Origin: Clostridia bacterium
GTDB lineage: Bacteria; Bacillota; Clostridia; Oscillospirales; CAG-382
Assembly: GCA_017531625.1 (NCBI GenBank)
Contig: JAFXKQ010000115.1
Coordinates: 1 to 57,924, forward strand
DNA length: 57,924 nucleotides
Reading direction: 5' to 3'
Shown one piece after another: positions 9,122-17,513 of this stretch; the first letter of the stretch is position 1; each line of letters opens with the position of its first letter. Under the pieces are notes generated by a model that saw only the letters and a list, made by a program, of their open reading frames with translations, ran no database searches and had not been told where the DNA came from. Position numbers and translations under genes: made by a program.

Positions 9122-9205
9122 CAAAAAAGCCGATTAATAAGCCTTTTTACGAGCGTTGGCGTTGAATCGGTTTTGATGACAAAATCTTATGTGTAATCTT
9201 CCCTT

Positions 9206-9235
9206 AATTAGACAAAATTTTTATTTTGTCTAATT
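9206..9235. repeat. Perfect 13-bp AT-rich inverted repeat
   Basis: AATTAGACAAAAT, TTTT, ATTTTGTCTAATT, located in the convergent intergenic region. Confidence 0.85.
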
Positions 9236-9276
9236 GCGTATGTTCATGGTAGAGATGTTCCCTTTTACAAAAAATG

Positions 9277-9318
9277 AACACGGTCAAGAAAGCTTGAAGG
9301 CTCTTGACCGTGTTTTTG
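9277..9318. terminator. Bidirectional Rho-independent terminator
   Basis: 13-bp stem AACACGGTCAAGA/TCTTGACCGTGTT with a 12-nt loop. A-run upstream and T-run downstream. It sits between convergent genes (9121 end, 9345 end). Confidence 0.8.
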
Positions 9319-9344
9319 TGATTTACGGTTTGTAATTAGGTTTC

Positions 9345-9572
9345 TTATGCGTAGTGTTGTTCAAGATAAGCCACAACGTCTCTGACTGTTGTGAGCCTCG
9401 GAAGAACAGCTTCGTCAAATACTATGTCAAACTTTTCTTCACAAAGTACAACTAAATCAGCAAGTTCCAGCGAGTTGAAACCTAAATCGTTAACAAACTC
9501 AGAATCTAGGCTAATGATGTCGGCATTGATGCTCATCTCTTCAACCAATAATTCTTTAAGCTTTTCGTACAT
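9345..9572 (-). CDS. Acyl carrier protein (stand-alone)
   Basis: About 75 aa from MYEKLKELL, with the phosphopantetheine attachment motif DLGFNSLELADLV and a four-helix ACP-like pattern. Confidence 0.8.
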   Translation of the reverse strand: MYEKLKELLVEEMSINADIISLDSEFVNDLGFNSLELADLVVLCEEKFDIVFDEAVLPRLTTVRDVVAYLEQHYA

Positions 9573-9638
9573 TATAATTCCGCACAATTGGATAAAAAAC
9601 CGTTGTGCTTCCTCCTTCTCAAAAAAATCGAAAATAAA

Positions 9639-11390
9639 TTAAAGACCTGCGCGCTTGATTTTCTTTGTAGTGGTCTTAACAAATTCCGTCTTTTTGATCT
9701 CGATGTTTCTGATTTGCTTGAAAGACGGAAGTTTTTTGTTGACTTGAGCAATCTCTTCTTTTATACGTGCTTGGATCTCGTTGTTATCAAGTCCGGCAAG
9801 TGCATCGTAATCGGGATAAATAAGTGCTGTTATAACCTGTTCATCAAGAGTATTTTTGCGGGCAACAACTACGCACTCCTTAACAAGATCGATTCTGTAA
9901 ATGTATTCTTCGATCTCTTCGGGATAAACATTTTTACCGTTTGCAAGAATTATAAGATTCTTTTCTCTGCCTGTAAGGTAAAGATACCCTTCAGAGTCGA
10001 AGTACCCAAGGTCACCTGTTCTGAAATAACCGTCTTCGGTAAAGGCATCTTTGTTAGCTTGGTCATTATTAAAGTAGCCGAGCATTACATTCTGTCCCTT
10101 TGTGATGACCTCTCCGATCTCCCCTGCTTCAGCGTATCTGGGTGCTTCGCCTTCTTCGGTTATAAGAATTTTAACTTCGCACTCATAGGCCGGAAGTCCT
10201 ACGGAATTGTACTTAATTCTGTTAGAAGGGTTAACTGCAAGGAGCGGAGCACACTCGGTTATACCGTAGCCTTGCTGAACTTTAATGCCAAACTCTTCAA
10301 ATCTCTCAACTAACTCGGGATCAAGCGGCGCGCCTCCGCAAACAATGTGTTCTAATCTTCCGCCAAGGGAATCAATAACTTCAGCAAAAAATTTGCGTCT
10401 GAGGTCAATGTGTGCTTTACGCATGGTTTTTGTTATTTTAACACCCATGCTCACGGTCTTTTCCTTGCCCTTCTTACGGATTTCGTCAACAATCTTTTTG
10501 TAAATTGTTTGAACAAACAACGGAACAAGAATCATAGCCGTAGGTTGGAATTTTTTAAGATTGCGTAAAACGTACTTTAAACTATTGTTGAGACATACGG
10601 TAGCTCCGATAACATAAGCAGTAAGCATACCGCAACTTGTTTCGTAGGTGTGGTGAAGCGGAAGTACGGAAAGTAAAACCACTTTTTCGTCAAAGGGCGT
10701 AAGGTTCGCCGAAGAATAAATGCAAGAACAAAGATTCCTTTGTGAGAGCATAACGCATTTACTTGTTCCGGTAGTTCCTGACGTGAAAATAAAGGCGCAT
10801 TCCTTGTCAATGTTGGGAACAATGTCATAAAAAGAGTTATCCTCAGCGGCAACAAGTAACTTACCGAAACGGAGAAGCTTTTTAAACGTACTTTCCTTTT
10901 CTGAGAGAATGCTTGAGATTTCACTGACCTCCAGAGGCTTTTCTTCCGTATCCTTAATAACGGAAATGTACTTCAAGCAATCAACAGAATTGAACAATTC
11001 CCTGCCCTTTTCCATAAAAGACTCAGAACAGAACAAAGCCTCGCATTCAGCAAAAGAAATGAAATCACAAATTTGTTCCGTCATAAGTTCCTTATCAAGA
11101 GGAACGATAACAGCGTCTGCACAAACTGTGGCAATGTAAATCTGTAACCACTCGGGTCTTGTTTCGGAGAGCAAAGCGATTCTTTTACCTTTAAGCCCCA
11201 TTGAACAGAGAGCTGTGGTTAAAGCAATAACATTGTTTGAAAAATCTGTATAGCTAAGTTCTTCAACCTCGTTTTTTGTGTTTATAAACTTATAAAAAGG
11301 CTTACCGCCAAAAGCATGGCCTGAATGTAATACAATTGAACGAATGTCATCAAACTTAGGGTATCGATCTTTGGGATAAAAACTCTTCAT
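9639..11390 (-). CDS. Long-chain fatty acid AMP ligase / acyl-CoA synthetase family
   Basis: 583 aa with FIFTSGTTGTSK, YGITE, FRTGDLG and GREKNLIILANGKNVYPEEIE motifs. Confidence 0.9.
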   Translation of the reverse strand: MKSFYPKDRYPKFDDIRSIVLHSGHAFGGKPFYKFINTKNEVEELSYTDFSNNVIALTTALCSMGLKGKRIALLSETRPEWLQIYIATVCADAVIVPLDKELMTEQICDFISFAECEALFCSESFMEKGRELFNSVDCLKYISVIKDTEEKPLEVSEISSILSEKESTFKKLLRFGKLLVAAEDNSFYDIVPNIDKECAFIFTSGTTGTSKCVMLSQRNLCSCIYSSANLTPFDEKVVLLSVLPLHHTYETSCGMLTAYVIGATVCLNNSLKYVLRNLKKFQPTAMILVPLFVQTIYKKIVDEIRKKGKEKTVSMGVKITKTMRKAHIDLRRKFFAEVIDSLGGRLEHIVCGGAPLDPELVERFEEFGIKVQQGYGITECAPLLAVNPSNRIKYNSVGLPAYECEVKILITEEGEAPRYAEAGEIGEVITKGQNVMLGYFNNDQANKDAFTEDGYFRTGDLGYFDSEGYLYLTGREKNLIILANGKNVYPEEIEEYIYRIDLVKECVVVARKNTLDEQVITALIYPDYDALAGLDNNEIQARIKEEIAQVNKKLPSFKQIRNIEIKKTEFVKTTTKKIKRAGL

Positions 11391-11503
11391 TGTATGTTTT
11401 ACACCTCATAAAATAAAACGGTAATGTCTATGACTAAAAATGTATTAAACACCACACTATCATCTCTATTATAACTATTTTTGATAAAAAGTCAAGAGCT
11501 AGT

Positions 11504-11532
11504 GTATAAAAACAGGTAACAGACCCAAAATA
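11504..11532 (+). promoter_or_regulatory. Forespore sigma-G-type promoter candidate for spoVA genes
   Basis: GTATA (11504-11508), 17-nt spacer, CAAAATA (11526-11532), compared with the remembered consensus GHATR-N17/18-CATnnTA. It lies about 37 nt upstream of the spoVAC ATG. Confidence 0.4.
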
Positions 11533-11568
11533 AGGGTACAGAAGCATAAGTGGAGGTAGAAACAAAAT

Positions 11569-12018
11569 ATGACACATAAAGAGTACAAAAAGATGACAGA
11601 TGACAGAGCAAAGCGTTCCCCCACCCTCCTTAACTGTATAAAGGCGTTTGTGACGGGGGGGTTAATTTGTGTGCTTGGACAGGCACTTACGGTTTTGTAT
11701 CAGGAACTTGGAGCAAGTGTTGAGTTGTCTAAGACACTCTCTACGATAAGCCTTGTTGTATTGGCGGGACTACTCACCGGAATCGGGGTTTTTGATGTGA
11801 TAGCCAAGCAAGCGGGAGCAGGTACGTTGGTTCCGATTACAGGCTTTTCAAATGCAGTAACCGCACCCGCCATTGAAAATAAGACAGAAGGCTTTATAAA
11901 CGGAGTAGGTGCAAAAATGTTTGTTATTGCGGGGCCTGTCATAGTTTACGGCACCTTCGCATCTGCGGTTTATGGAGTTATGTATTACTTTCTGTTAAGA
12001 GGAGGATTAGCCGGTTGA
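11569..12018 (+). CDS. spoVAC: Stage V sporulation protein AC
   Basis: 149-aa membrane protein. The N-terminal KEY..M..DRAKRSP..LNCIKAFVTGGLIC pattern is typical of SpoVAC, and it sits first in an AC-AD-AE order. Confidence 0.85.
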   Translation: MTHKEYKKMTDDRAKRSPTLLNCIKAFVTGGLICVLGQALTVLYQELGASVELSKTLSTISLVVLAGLLTGIGVFDVIAKQAGAGTLVPITGFSNAVTAPAIENKTEGFINGVGAKMFVIAGPVIVYGTFASAVYGVMYYFLLRGGLAG

Positions 12019-13013
12019 GAAACGAAATCCTGCATTTCAACAATGTATTTATAGAAAACACTTCATGTGTAGGGGGGAAAAAAGAGAGCGAAGGACCGCT
12101 TTCGGCTTATTTTGATATGTTGGAACCCGATGAATACTTTGGGAAAGACACTTGGGAAAAAGCAGAAAGCGAGATGAACACAAGAGCAGTAAATTTTTTG
12201 CTTTCAAAAGCCAAACTTGATTATTCTGACATAGATTTATCTTGCGGAGGTGATTTGCTAAATCAATGTGTAGCTACAAGCTTTGTTCTAAAAAACTGTG
12301 ATTTACCGTATTTAGGGCTTTACGGAGCCTGCTCGACAATGGCGGAGTCGCTGATAATAGGAGCAGTTTTTAAAAGCTCAAATTTTGCGAAACGGGTTCT
12401 TTGTTTTGCCTCTTCTCATTTTTGTTCTGCAGAAAAACAGTACCGCTTCCCTCTTGAATACGGCGGACAGCGCACCCCCACCTCACAGAGCACTGTAACG
12501 GGCTGTGGTGCAATTCTTTTAGGCGACAGCGAGAAGTGTAGAGTTGAGGTAAAAGAAGCCGTAGTGGGCAAAATTGTTGATTCAGGGGTTACCGACGTTA
12601 ACAACATGGGAGCCGCAATGGCAGAAGCAGCAGTTGATACGGTAATAAGGTATTTCGGTGAGTCGAATCTTTCGCCCGACGCTTTCGACATCATAGCTAC
12701 AGGCGACTTGGGCAGAGAGGGCTACGAGTTGGCATGTGAGTTATTCAAGCGTAAAAAATTTGAGCTTTTTGGAAAGTATACGGATTGCGGAATGCTTATT
12801 TATGATTTAGAAAAGCAGGATGTACATGCCGGAGGTTCGGGATGTGGTTGCAGTGCGGTGGTAACTGCAGGCTACTTTTATGATAAATTGATTAGAGGCG
12901 AAGCTAAGGAAATTTTGTTGATAGGTACAGGTGCGCTTCTTAACCCCAATACCGTGTTTCAAAAACAAAGTATTCCGGCGGTAGCGCATTTAGTACGGCT
13001 TTCAGCAAGATAA
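12015..13013 (+). CDS. spoVAD: Stage V sporulation protein AD (thiolase-fold)
   Basis: 332 aa. TTG start overlaps the spoVAC stop by 4 nt. GLYGACST and a thiolase-like layout are present. Confidence 0.85.
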   Translation: MRNEILHFNNVFIENTSCVGGKKESEGPLSAYFDMLEPDEYFGKDTWEKAESEMNTRAVNFLLSKAKLDYSDIDLSCGGDLLNQCVATSFVLKNCDLPYLGLYGACSTMAESLIIGAVFKSSNFAKRVLCFASSHFCSAEKQYRFPLEYGGQRTPTSQSTVTGCGAILLGDSEKCRVEVKEAVVGKIVDSGVTDVNNMGAAMAEAAVDTVIRYFGESNLSPDAFDIIATGDLGREGYELACELFKRKKFELFGKYTDCGMLIYDLEKQDVHAGGSGCGCSAVVTAGYFYDKLIRGEAKEILLIGTGALLNPNTVFQKQSIPAVAHLVRLSAR

Positions 13014-13032
13014 TAAAATAAAAGGAGAAAAA

Positions 13033-13395
13033 ATGGAATTTTTAGATTGGGTAAAGGTTTTTGCGGTAGGCGGGGCGTTTTGTGTTATCGCACAGATTTT
13101 GATTGATAAAACTAAGCTTACAGGGGCAAAAATCTTAGTAAGCTACGTAATCTTAGGGGTTATCCTTACAGCTGTAGGACTTTACCAACCTATTGTGGAC
13201 TTTGCTATGGCAGGAGCAACTGTTCCGCTTACGGGATTTGGCTACCTATTAGCAACGGGTGTTGAGGAAGCCGTGGTTGAGAGAGGGCTTATCGGCGCCA
13301 TAACAGGCGGTCTTGAAGCAACAGCAGCAGGAATAACCGCAGCGGTATGCTTCGGTTTTATTTGGGCACTTCTGTTTAAGAGTAAGATAAAATAA
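13033..13395 (+). CDS. spoVAE: Stage V sporulation protein AE (AEB type)
   Basis: 120-aa Gly/Ala-rich membrane protein, third gene of the spoVA triplet, with an AAGGAG RBS. Confidence 0.8.
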   Translation: MEFLDWVKVFAVGGAFCVIAQILIDKTKLTGAKILVSYVILGVILTAVGLYQPIVDFAMAGATVPLTGFGYLLATGVEEAVVERGLIGAITGGLEATAAGITAAVCFGFIWALLFKSKIK

Positions 13396-13402
13396 TAAAA
13401 TA

Positions 13403-13455
13403 AGGAAGTTGAATAAGGACATTAAGCTCTTTGTTTCAACTTCCTATTGTTTGTT
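13403..13455. terminator. Bidirectional terminator hairpin
   Basis: 11-bp stem AGGAAGTTGAA/TTCAACTTCCT with a 21-nt loop and T-rich tails on both strands, between convergent genes. Confidence 0.6.
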
Positions 13456-13463
13456 ATAAAGTT

Positions 13464-15203
13464 CTATTCTGCTTCGATAATTGTTATTCTACCTTCGCCG
13501 TAAGGTTCTGCGTATTCTTCACCGATTACGCCACCGAGTACATCGGTAATGTAGTTGATTACAACTTGGTAATCAAGCATAACGCAATCCTGAATCATCT
13601 TAGCGTCTTTAAACATGTTAAAGCCACCGCCGAATTCTTTCAGCATGTAATTGTGACCGGCTAATACGTAGGTTTTATTAAGGTCAAGAGGTTCTCCGCC
13701 GACTTTGATGTTTTTAACTCTGTAATCACCGTCAACATTTATAAACTGACCTTTGTCATCAAGTTTCACAGAGGATTCAACATTCAAATCAATCTCGTAT
13801 GTAAGACCTGAAACGTGTTGGAAACTACCGTCTTCTCCCGGCAATGATGCGGAACCGAGTTCTAAAGCGTCAAGAAGCATTTGACCTGTTGCTTCCACAA
13901 CACAAAGCTCGTTGCCGAAAGGATGAACCGAGATTATGTCGCCGTAAGTAACGTCGCCTTTTTTGAGTTCGGCGCGTATGCCACCGCCGTTAACCATTGC
14001 TATGTCGGCTCCTGAAATAGAGCGGTAAGCGTCTGCGCAAAGATTACCAAGGTTTGTTTCGGTGATGCGGATGAGGCGGATGGGATTTCCGTCAGAATCG
14101 GTTTCGAACGGATCATAAATTACAAGGTCAACGTTGGAAGAAGCAACTACTGTATTAACAAGTTCAGCAAAGCTGTCTTCAATTTCAGTAATAAAGCTTT
14201 CAATACCACCGTCGTTAATGAGCGTAGTTTTAAAACTTCCGTCTGTTCCTATGGAAAGACAGCCAACGTTTGCGAGTTTAGTGCCTGTGGAGGTGTGGAC
14301 TACATCAGCCCCCTCTTTATTCTTAACAATCACGCTTTCAAGAATGGAATGCGAGTGTGCGTCAATAAAAACGTCGATTCCTGTCGTGTTGTTAATAACG
14401 TCAGTAGACATCCAAGGTTTGCATTCAGCTTCTATGCCGAGATGTCCCAATGCAATGACATAGTCTGCTCCATCAGCTTTTGCCGAGTCAACAGCATCTT
14501 GTACTGCGTTGTAAAGGGCTTCTCCGGTGCTGTCTTGACAAAAACCGTAGATGTAATTTCCATTCTCGTCCTGGAAAAATGTGGGAGAACACGACGAAAG
14601 AGTTTTGGGAGTAGAGATGCCGACGAATGCTATTTTTGCGCCGCCGGCTTCAATGATTCGGTAGGGCTCAAGGGCGAGTTTACCTTCGGGATTGGTGAAG
14701 TTGCAACTTAGGTAAGGAAAATCAGCCATTTCAACGAGCGAGAAAAACTGTTCCATGCCGTAGTCAAACTCATGGTTGCCCGGAATGGCTACATCGTATC
14801 CCACTTCATTCATAAGCTCAATTATGTATTCGCCTTTTGAAACGGTACCAATCGTATCGCCTTGAACGGAGTCGCCGCCATCAACAAGGATGACTGCTTT
14901 TCCTTGTGCTTCAAATGAATTCTTTATAAGGGATAGTCCTTTGTACCCGATGCCGTCATTTACACCGCAATGAACGTCATTGGTGTAAAGAATTACGATT
15001 TCATCGTGGTTTAGTGCAGTCTCGGGTTCTGTACCGGATTCGTTTTCAGAGTTAGAGAGTTCATCTCTGTTTTGTTCGCTTGTCTCTTTATTTGAAACCT
15101 CACCGGACTGCAATTCAGAGTTTTCGTTAGCAGGTGTATTATCACCGCAAGAGCAAAGTACTAAGGTTATAGCGAGAAAGAAACATAATAAAATGCGTTT
15201 CAT
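13464..15203 (-). CDS. Lipoprotein 5'-nucleotidase / metallophosphoesterase (UshA-like)
   Basis: 579 aa with lipobox LVLCSCG and calcineurin-like motifs TNDVHC, GGDSVQGD and GNHEFDYG, plus a 5'-nucleotidase-type C-terminal domain. Confidence 0.85.
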   Translation of the reverse strand: MKRILLCFFLAITLVLCSCGDNTPANENSELQSGEVSNKETSEQNRDELSNSENESGTEPETALNHDEIVILYTNDVHCGVNDGIGYKGLSLIKNSFEAQGKAVILVDGGDSVQGDTIGTVSKGEYIIELMNEVGYDVAIPGNHEFDYGMEQFFSLVEMADFPYLSCNFTNPEGKLALEPYRIIEAGGAKIAFVGISTPKTLSSCSPTFFQDENGNYIYGFCQDSTGEALYNAVQDAVDSAKADGADYVIALGHLGIEAECKPWMSTDVINNTTGIDVFIDAHSHSILESVIVKNKEGADVVHTSTGTKLANVGCLSIGTDGSFKTTLINDGGIESFITEIEDSFAELVNTVVASSNVDLVIYDPFETDSDGNPIRLIRITETNLGNLCADAYRSISGADIAMVNGGGIRAELKKGDVTYGDIISVHPFGNELCVVEATGQMLLDALELGSASLPGEDGSFQHVSGLTYEIDLNVESSVKLDDKGQFINVDGDYRVKNIKVGGEPLDLNKTYVLAGHNYMLKEFGGGFNMFKDAKMIQDCVMLDYQVVINYITDVLGGVIGEEYAEPYGEGRITIIEAE

Positions 15204-15224
15204 AAAAAACTAACCTCTTTCGGT

Positions 15225-16394
15225 TTATTTTACAATTATCTTTACAAATTTGTTTTTACCGCGACTGAGAGTGTATTCACCGGTTTCGGTAAAGTTAAGG
15301 TTGGGGTCTTTGATCTGTTCACCGTTGAGCTTGATACCGCCGCCGGTAACAAGTCGTCTTGCTTCGCTGGTGGAAGGAGCAAGACCGCTGACTTTAAGTG
15401 CGTCGATGACTCTGTCTCCTACTTTGCAGTCAAAAGCTTCGAGTTCGTCAGGAATACCACCGCTTGCAACGTTTTTGTAGCGTTCTGCAGCAGCCGCAAC
15501 AGCTTCTGCACCGTGGTAAAGTTTAACAATAGCTTCTGCATAGAGGAAATGAGCGGCACGAATGTCCTTTTCAACAAGCTCGGCGTATTCGGATTCATCG
15601 AGATCTGTTGTAAGCTTGAAATAGGTGAGAAGAAGGTGATCAGGAACCTTCATGCACTTCTCGTACATGATTTCGGGAGCTTCGTCAATGCCGATGTAGT
15701 TGTCGAGAGATTTGCTCATTTTTTCAACGCCGTCAAGACCTGGAAGAAGCGGGAAAGTGATAACTTCTTGCGCTTCTTGACCGTAGTCACGTTGGAGCTC
15801 ACGGCCAACTAATAGGTTGAAGGTCTGGTCAGTACCGCCGATTTCAATGTCAGCGTTGATCGCTACGGAATCGTAACCCTGCATGAGAGGATAGAAAATC
15901 TCGTGCAGACCGATGGGAGCATTTTCACGGAAACGCTTTGAAAAATCGTCACGTTCCATGATTCTTGCAAGGGTGTACTTGCCCGCAAGTTGGAGAACGT
16001 CCTCAAAACTCATTTTGGAGAGCCATTCAGAGTTGTAAGCGATAACAGTCTTGTCTTTGTCGAGAATTTTAATAACCTGTTCGTAGTAACTGAGGCTGTT
16101 TTTTCTTGTTTGTTCAAAGGTAAGAGGGACACGGGTTTTGCTTTTACCGGAGGGGTCGCCGATCATTGCGGTAAAGTCACCGATAATGAAAACGATTTCG
16201 TGACCGAGATCTTGAAGCATTCTGAGCTTTCTGAGAGCAACTGAATGGCCAAGGTGAAGGTCTGGACGGCTGGGGTCGGCACCCATCTTGATGCGAAGCT
16301 TTCTTCCGCTTTTAAGTTTTTCAAGAAAACCCTCTGCGGAATAAATGGACACTGCGTCTCTCGTAATATTTTCATAAACCTGTTGTACTGTCAT
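15225..16394 (-). CDS. tyrS: Tyrosine--tRNA ligase
   Basis: 389 aa with class I signatures HLGH and KMSKS and a C-terminal S4-like domain. Confidence 0.93.
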   Translation of the reverse strand: MTVQQVYENITRDAVSIYSAEGFLEKLKSGRKLRIKMGADPSRPDLHLGHSVALRKLRMLQDLGHEIVFIIGDFTAMIGDPSGKSKTRVPLTFEQTRKNSLSYYEQVIKILDKDKTVIAYNSEWLSKMSFEDVLQLAGKYTLARIMERDDFSKRFRENAPIGLHEIFYPLMQGYDSVAINADIEIGGTDQTFNLLVGRELQRDYGQEAQEVITFPLLPGLDGVEKMSKSLDNYIGIDEAPEIMYEKCMKVPDHLLLTYFKLTTDLDESEYAELVEKDIRAAHFLYAEAIVKLYHGAEAVAAAAERYKNVASGGIPDELEAFDCKVGDRVIDALKVSGLAPSTSEARRLVTGGGIKLNGEQIKDPNLNFTETGEYTLSRGKNKFVKIIVK

Positions 16395-16462
16395 AATAAT
16401 TTATCCTTTCTCAAATTTCTTTTAAAGTCTTTATCTTTGCTGTCTGAATTTTAGTTTATAAC

Positions 16463-17509
16463 TTACCATTCAAAAACTTCAGCTGTTACAATGTCATAAC
16501 GTAAAAGCTCTTCGTTGTTCGCTTCAATGAGCGGGAAATACTGATTTACAAGCTTGTAAAAGCTGTCGTTAATAAGCTCTGTTTCTGTAGCTTCGTAGTA
16601 TTCGGTAAGGTCTGATTCGCTAAGTGAATCACGGGTAATGATGTAAACACCACCGTCGATTTCAGAAACGGCAAACTCCCCTATTTTGATCCCTAAGCCG
16701 GACTTTTCGTATTCTTCCCGCTCAACAACGTAACCGTCGGGGTAAGACTCGTAGAAGCCGTCCTCTGTTTCTTTTTGTAAATCGGGAAACTTGATTTCTC
16801 CGGCATTAAGTTTTTCAACAAGTCCGTTTGCTTTTTCCTTGAGTGCCTTGGAATCCTCGCCTTTAAAGTAAACATGCTTGAGCTTTACGTAATTATCCGC
16901 CGTTGTTCGGTTGACTTCCTCTGAATCAATGTGGTATATTCCGCCGTCTCCGTAAAGAACGTTCTTCAAAGAAACGATTTTGTATTCCCTTTCGTAATAG
17001 GCTTTCAGAGCCTCGATGTCAAGCCCGTATGGTTTCAGTCTTTCTTCAAACGCTTTCTCGCTTCCGTAAAAGAAAACGTTTTCATCAATTGCCGAGTTGA
17101 TCTCGTCAATGTATTCATTACTGAGACTTACGGAGTAATTAAGACAAAGCTTGTCTGAGACCAAAAGCATACGACAGTAGTCATTTATGTCCGAAATAAC
17201 ACGTTCACCGTAGTTTCTGCTATCACCGTCATTTGGTACAGTGTTCCAGAAGCTTTCGCTGTCAGTTGCATAACCGCTTCCGTAAGTTGATTCAATAATG
17301 TAAAGAAAGTCCGTCTTTTTACTTGAGAGAATGTAAGCGTAAAGTCCTGAGCTGATTACATTTCCTTCATAGCTCATAACAGAAATGTCAGCGTTTGAGC
17401 TCTTCCCTGTTTCGGGTTTGTCACCCTCCGCACATGAACAGAAGGAAAACAGCATAACAACCGCGAGAAAAAATGAAACCGTTTTTCTAAAATGTTGTTT
17501 TTTTATCAT
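16463..17509 (-). CDS. Lipoprotein, function unknown (paralog of the upstream gene)
   Basis: Start is moved to MIKKQHFRK..., which gives a signal peptide with lipobox FSFCSC and removes the overlap with the upstream stop. Confidence 0.7.
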   Translation of the reverse strand: MIKKQHFRKTVSFFLAVVMLFSFCSCAEGDKPETGKSSNADISVMSYEGNVISSGLYAYILSSKKTDFLYIIESTYGSGYATDSESFWNTVPNDGDSRNYGERVISDINDYCRMLLVSDKLCLNYSVSLSNEYIDEINSAIDENVFFYGSEKAFEERLKPYGLDIEALKAYYEREYKIVSLKNVLYGDGGIYHIDSEEVNRTTADNYVKLKHVYFKGEDSKALKEKANGLVEKLNAGEIKFPDLQKETEDGFYESYPDGYVVEREEYEKSGLGIKIGEFAVSEIDGGVYIITRDSLSESDLTEYYEATETELINDSFYKLVNQYFPLIEANNEELLRYDIVTAEVFEW

Positions 17510-17513
17510 AATC

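Noticed and set aside
9588..10313. 241-aa ORF antisense to the acyl-AMP ligase
   Set aside because: It is embedded in a gene with clear adenylation motifs. The translation is low-complexity (Phe/Lys/Leu/Cys) and it has no RBS.
16395..16462. Possible T-box leader upstream of tyrS
   Set aside because: Only 68 nt are available, with no specifier hairpin, T-box sequence or terminator/antiterminator pair visible. I kept this only as an absence-type observation.
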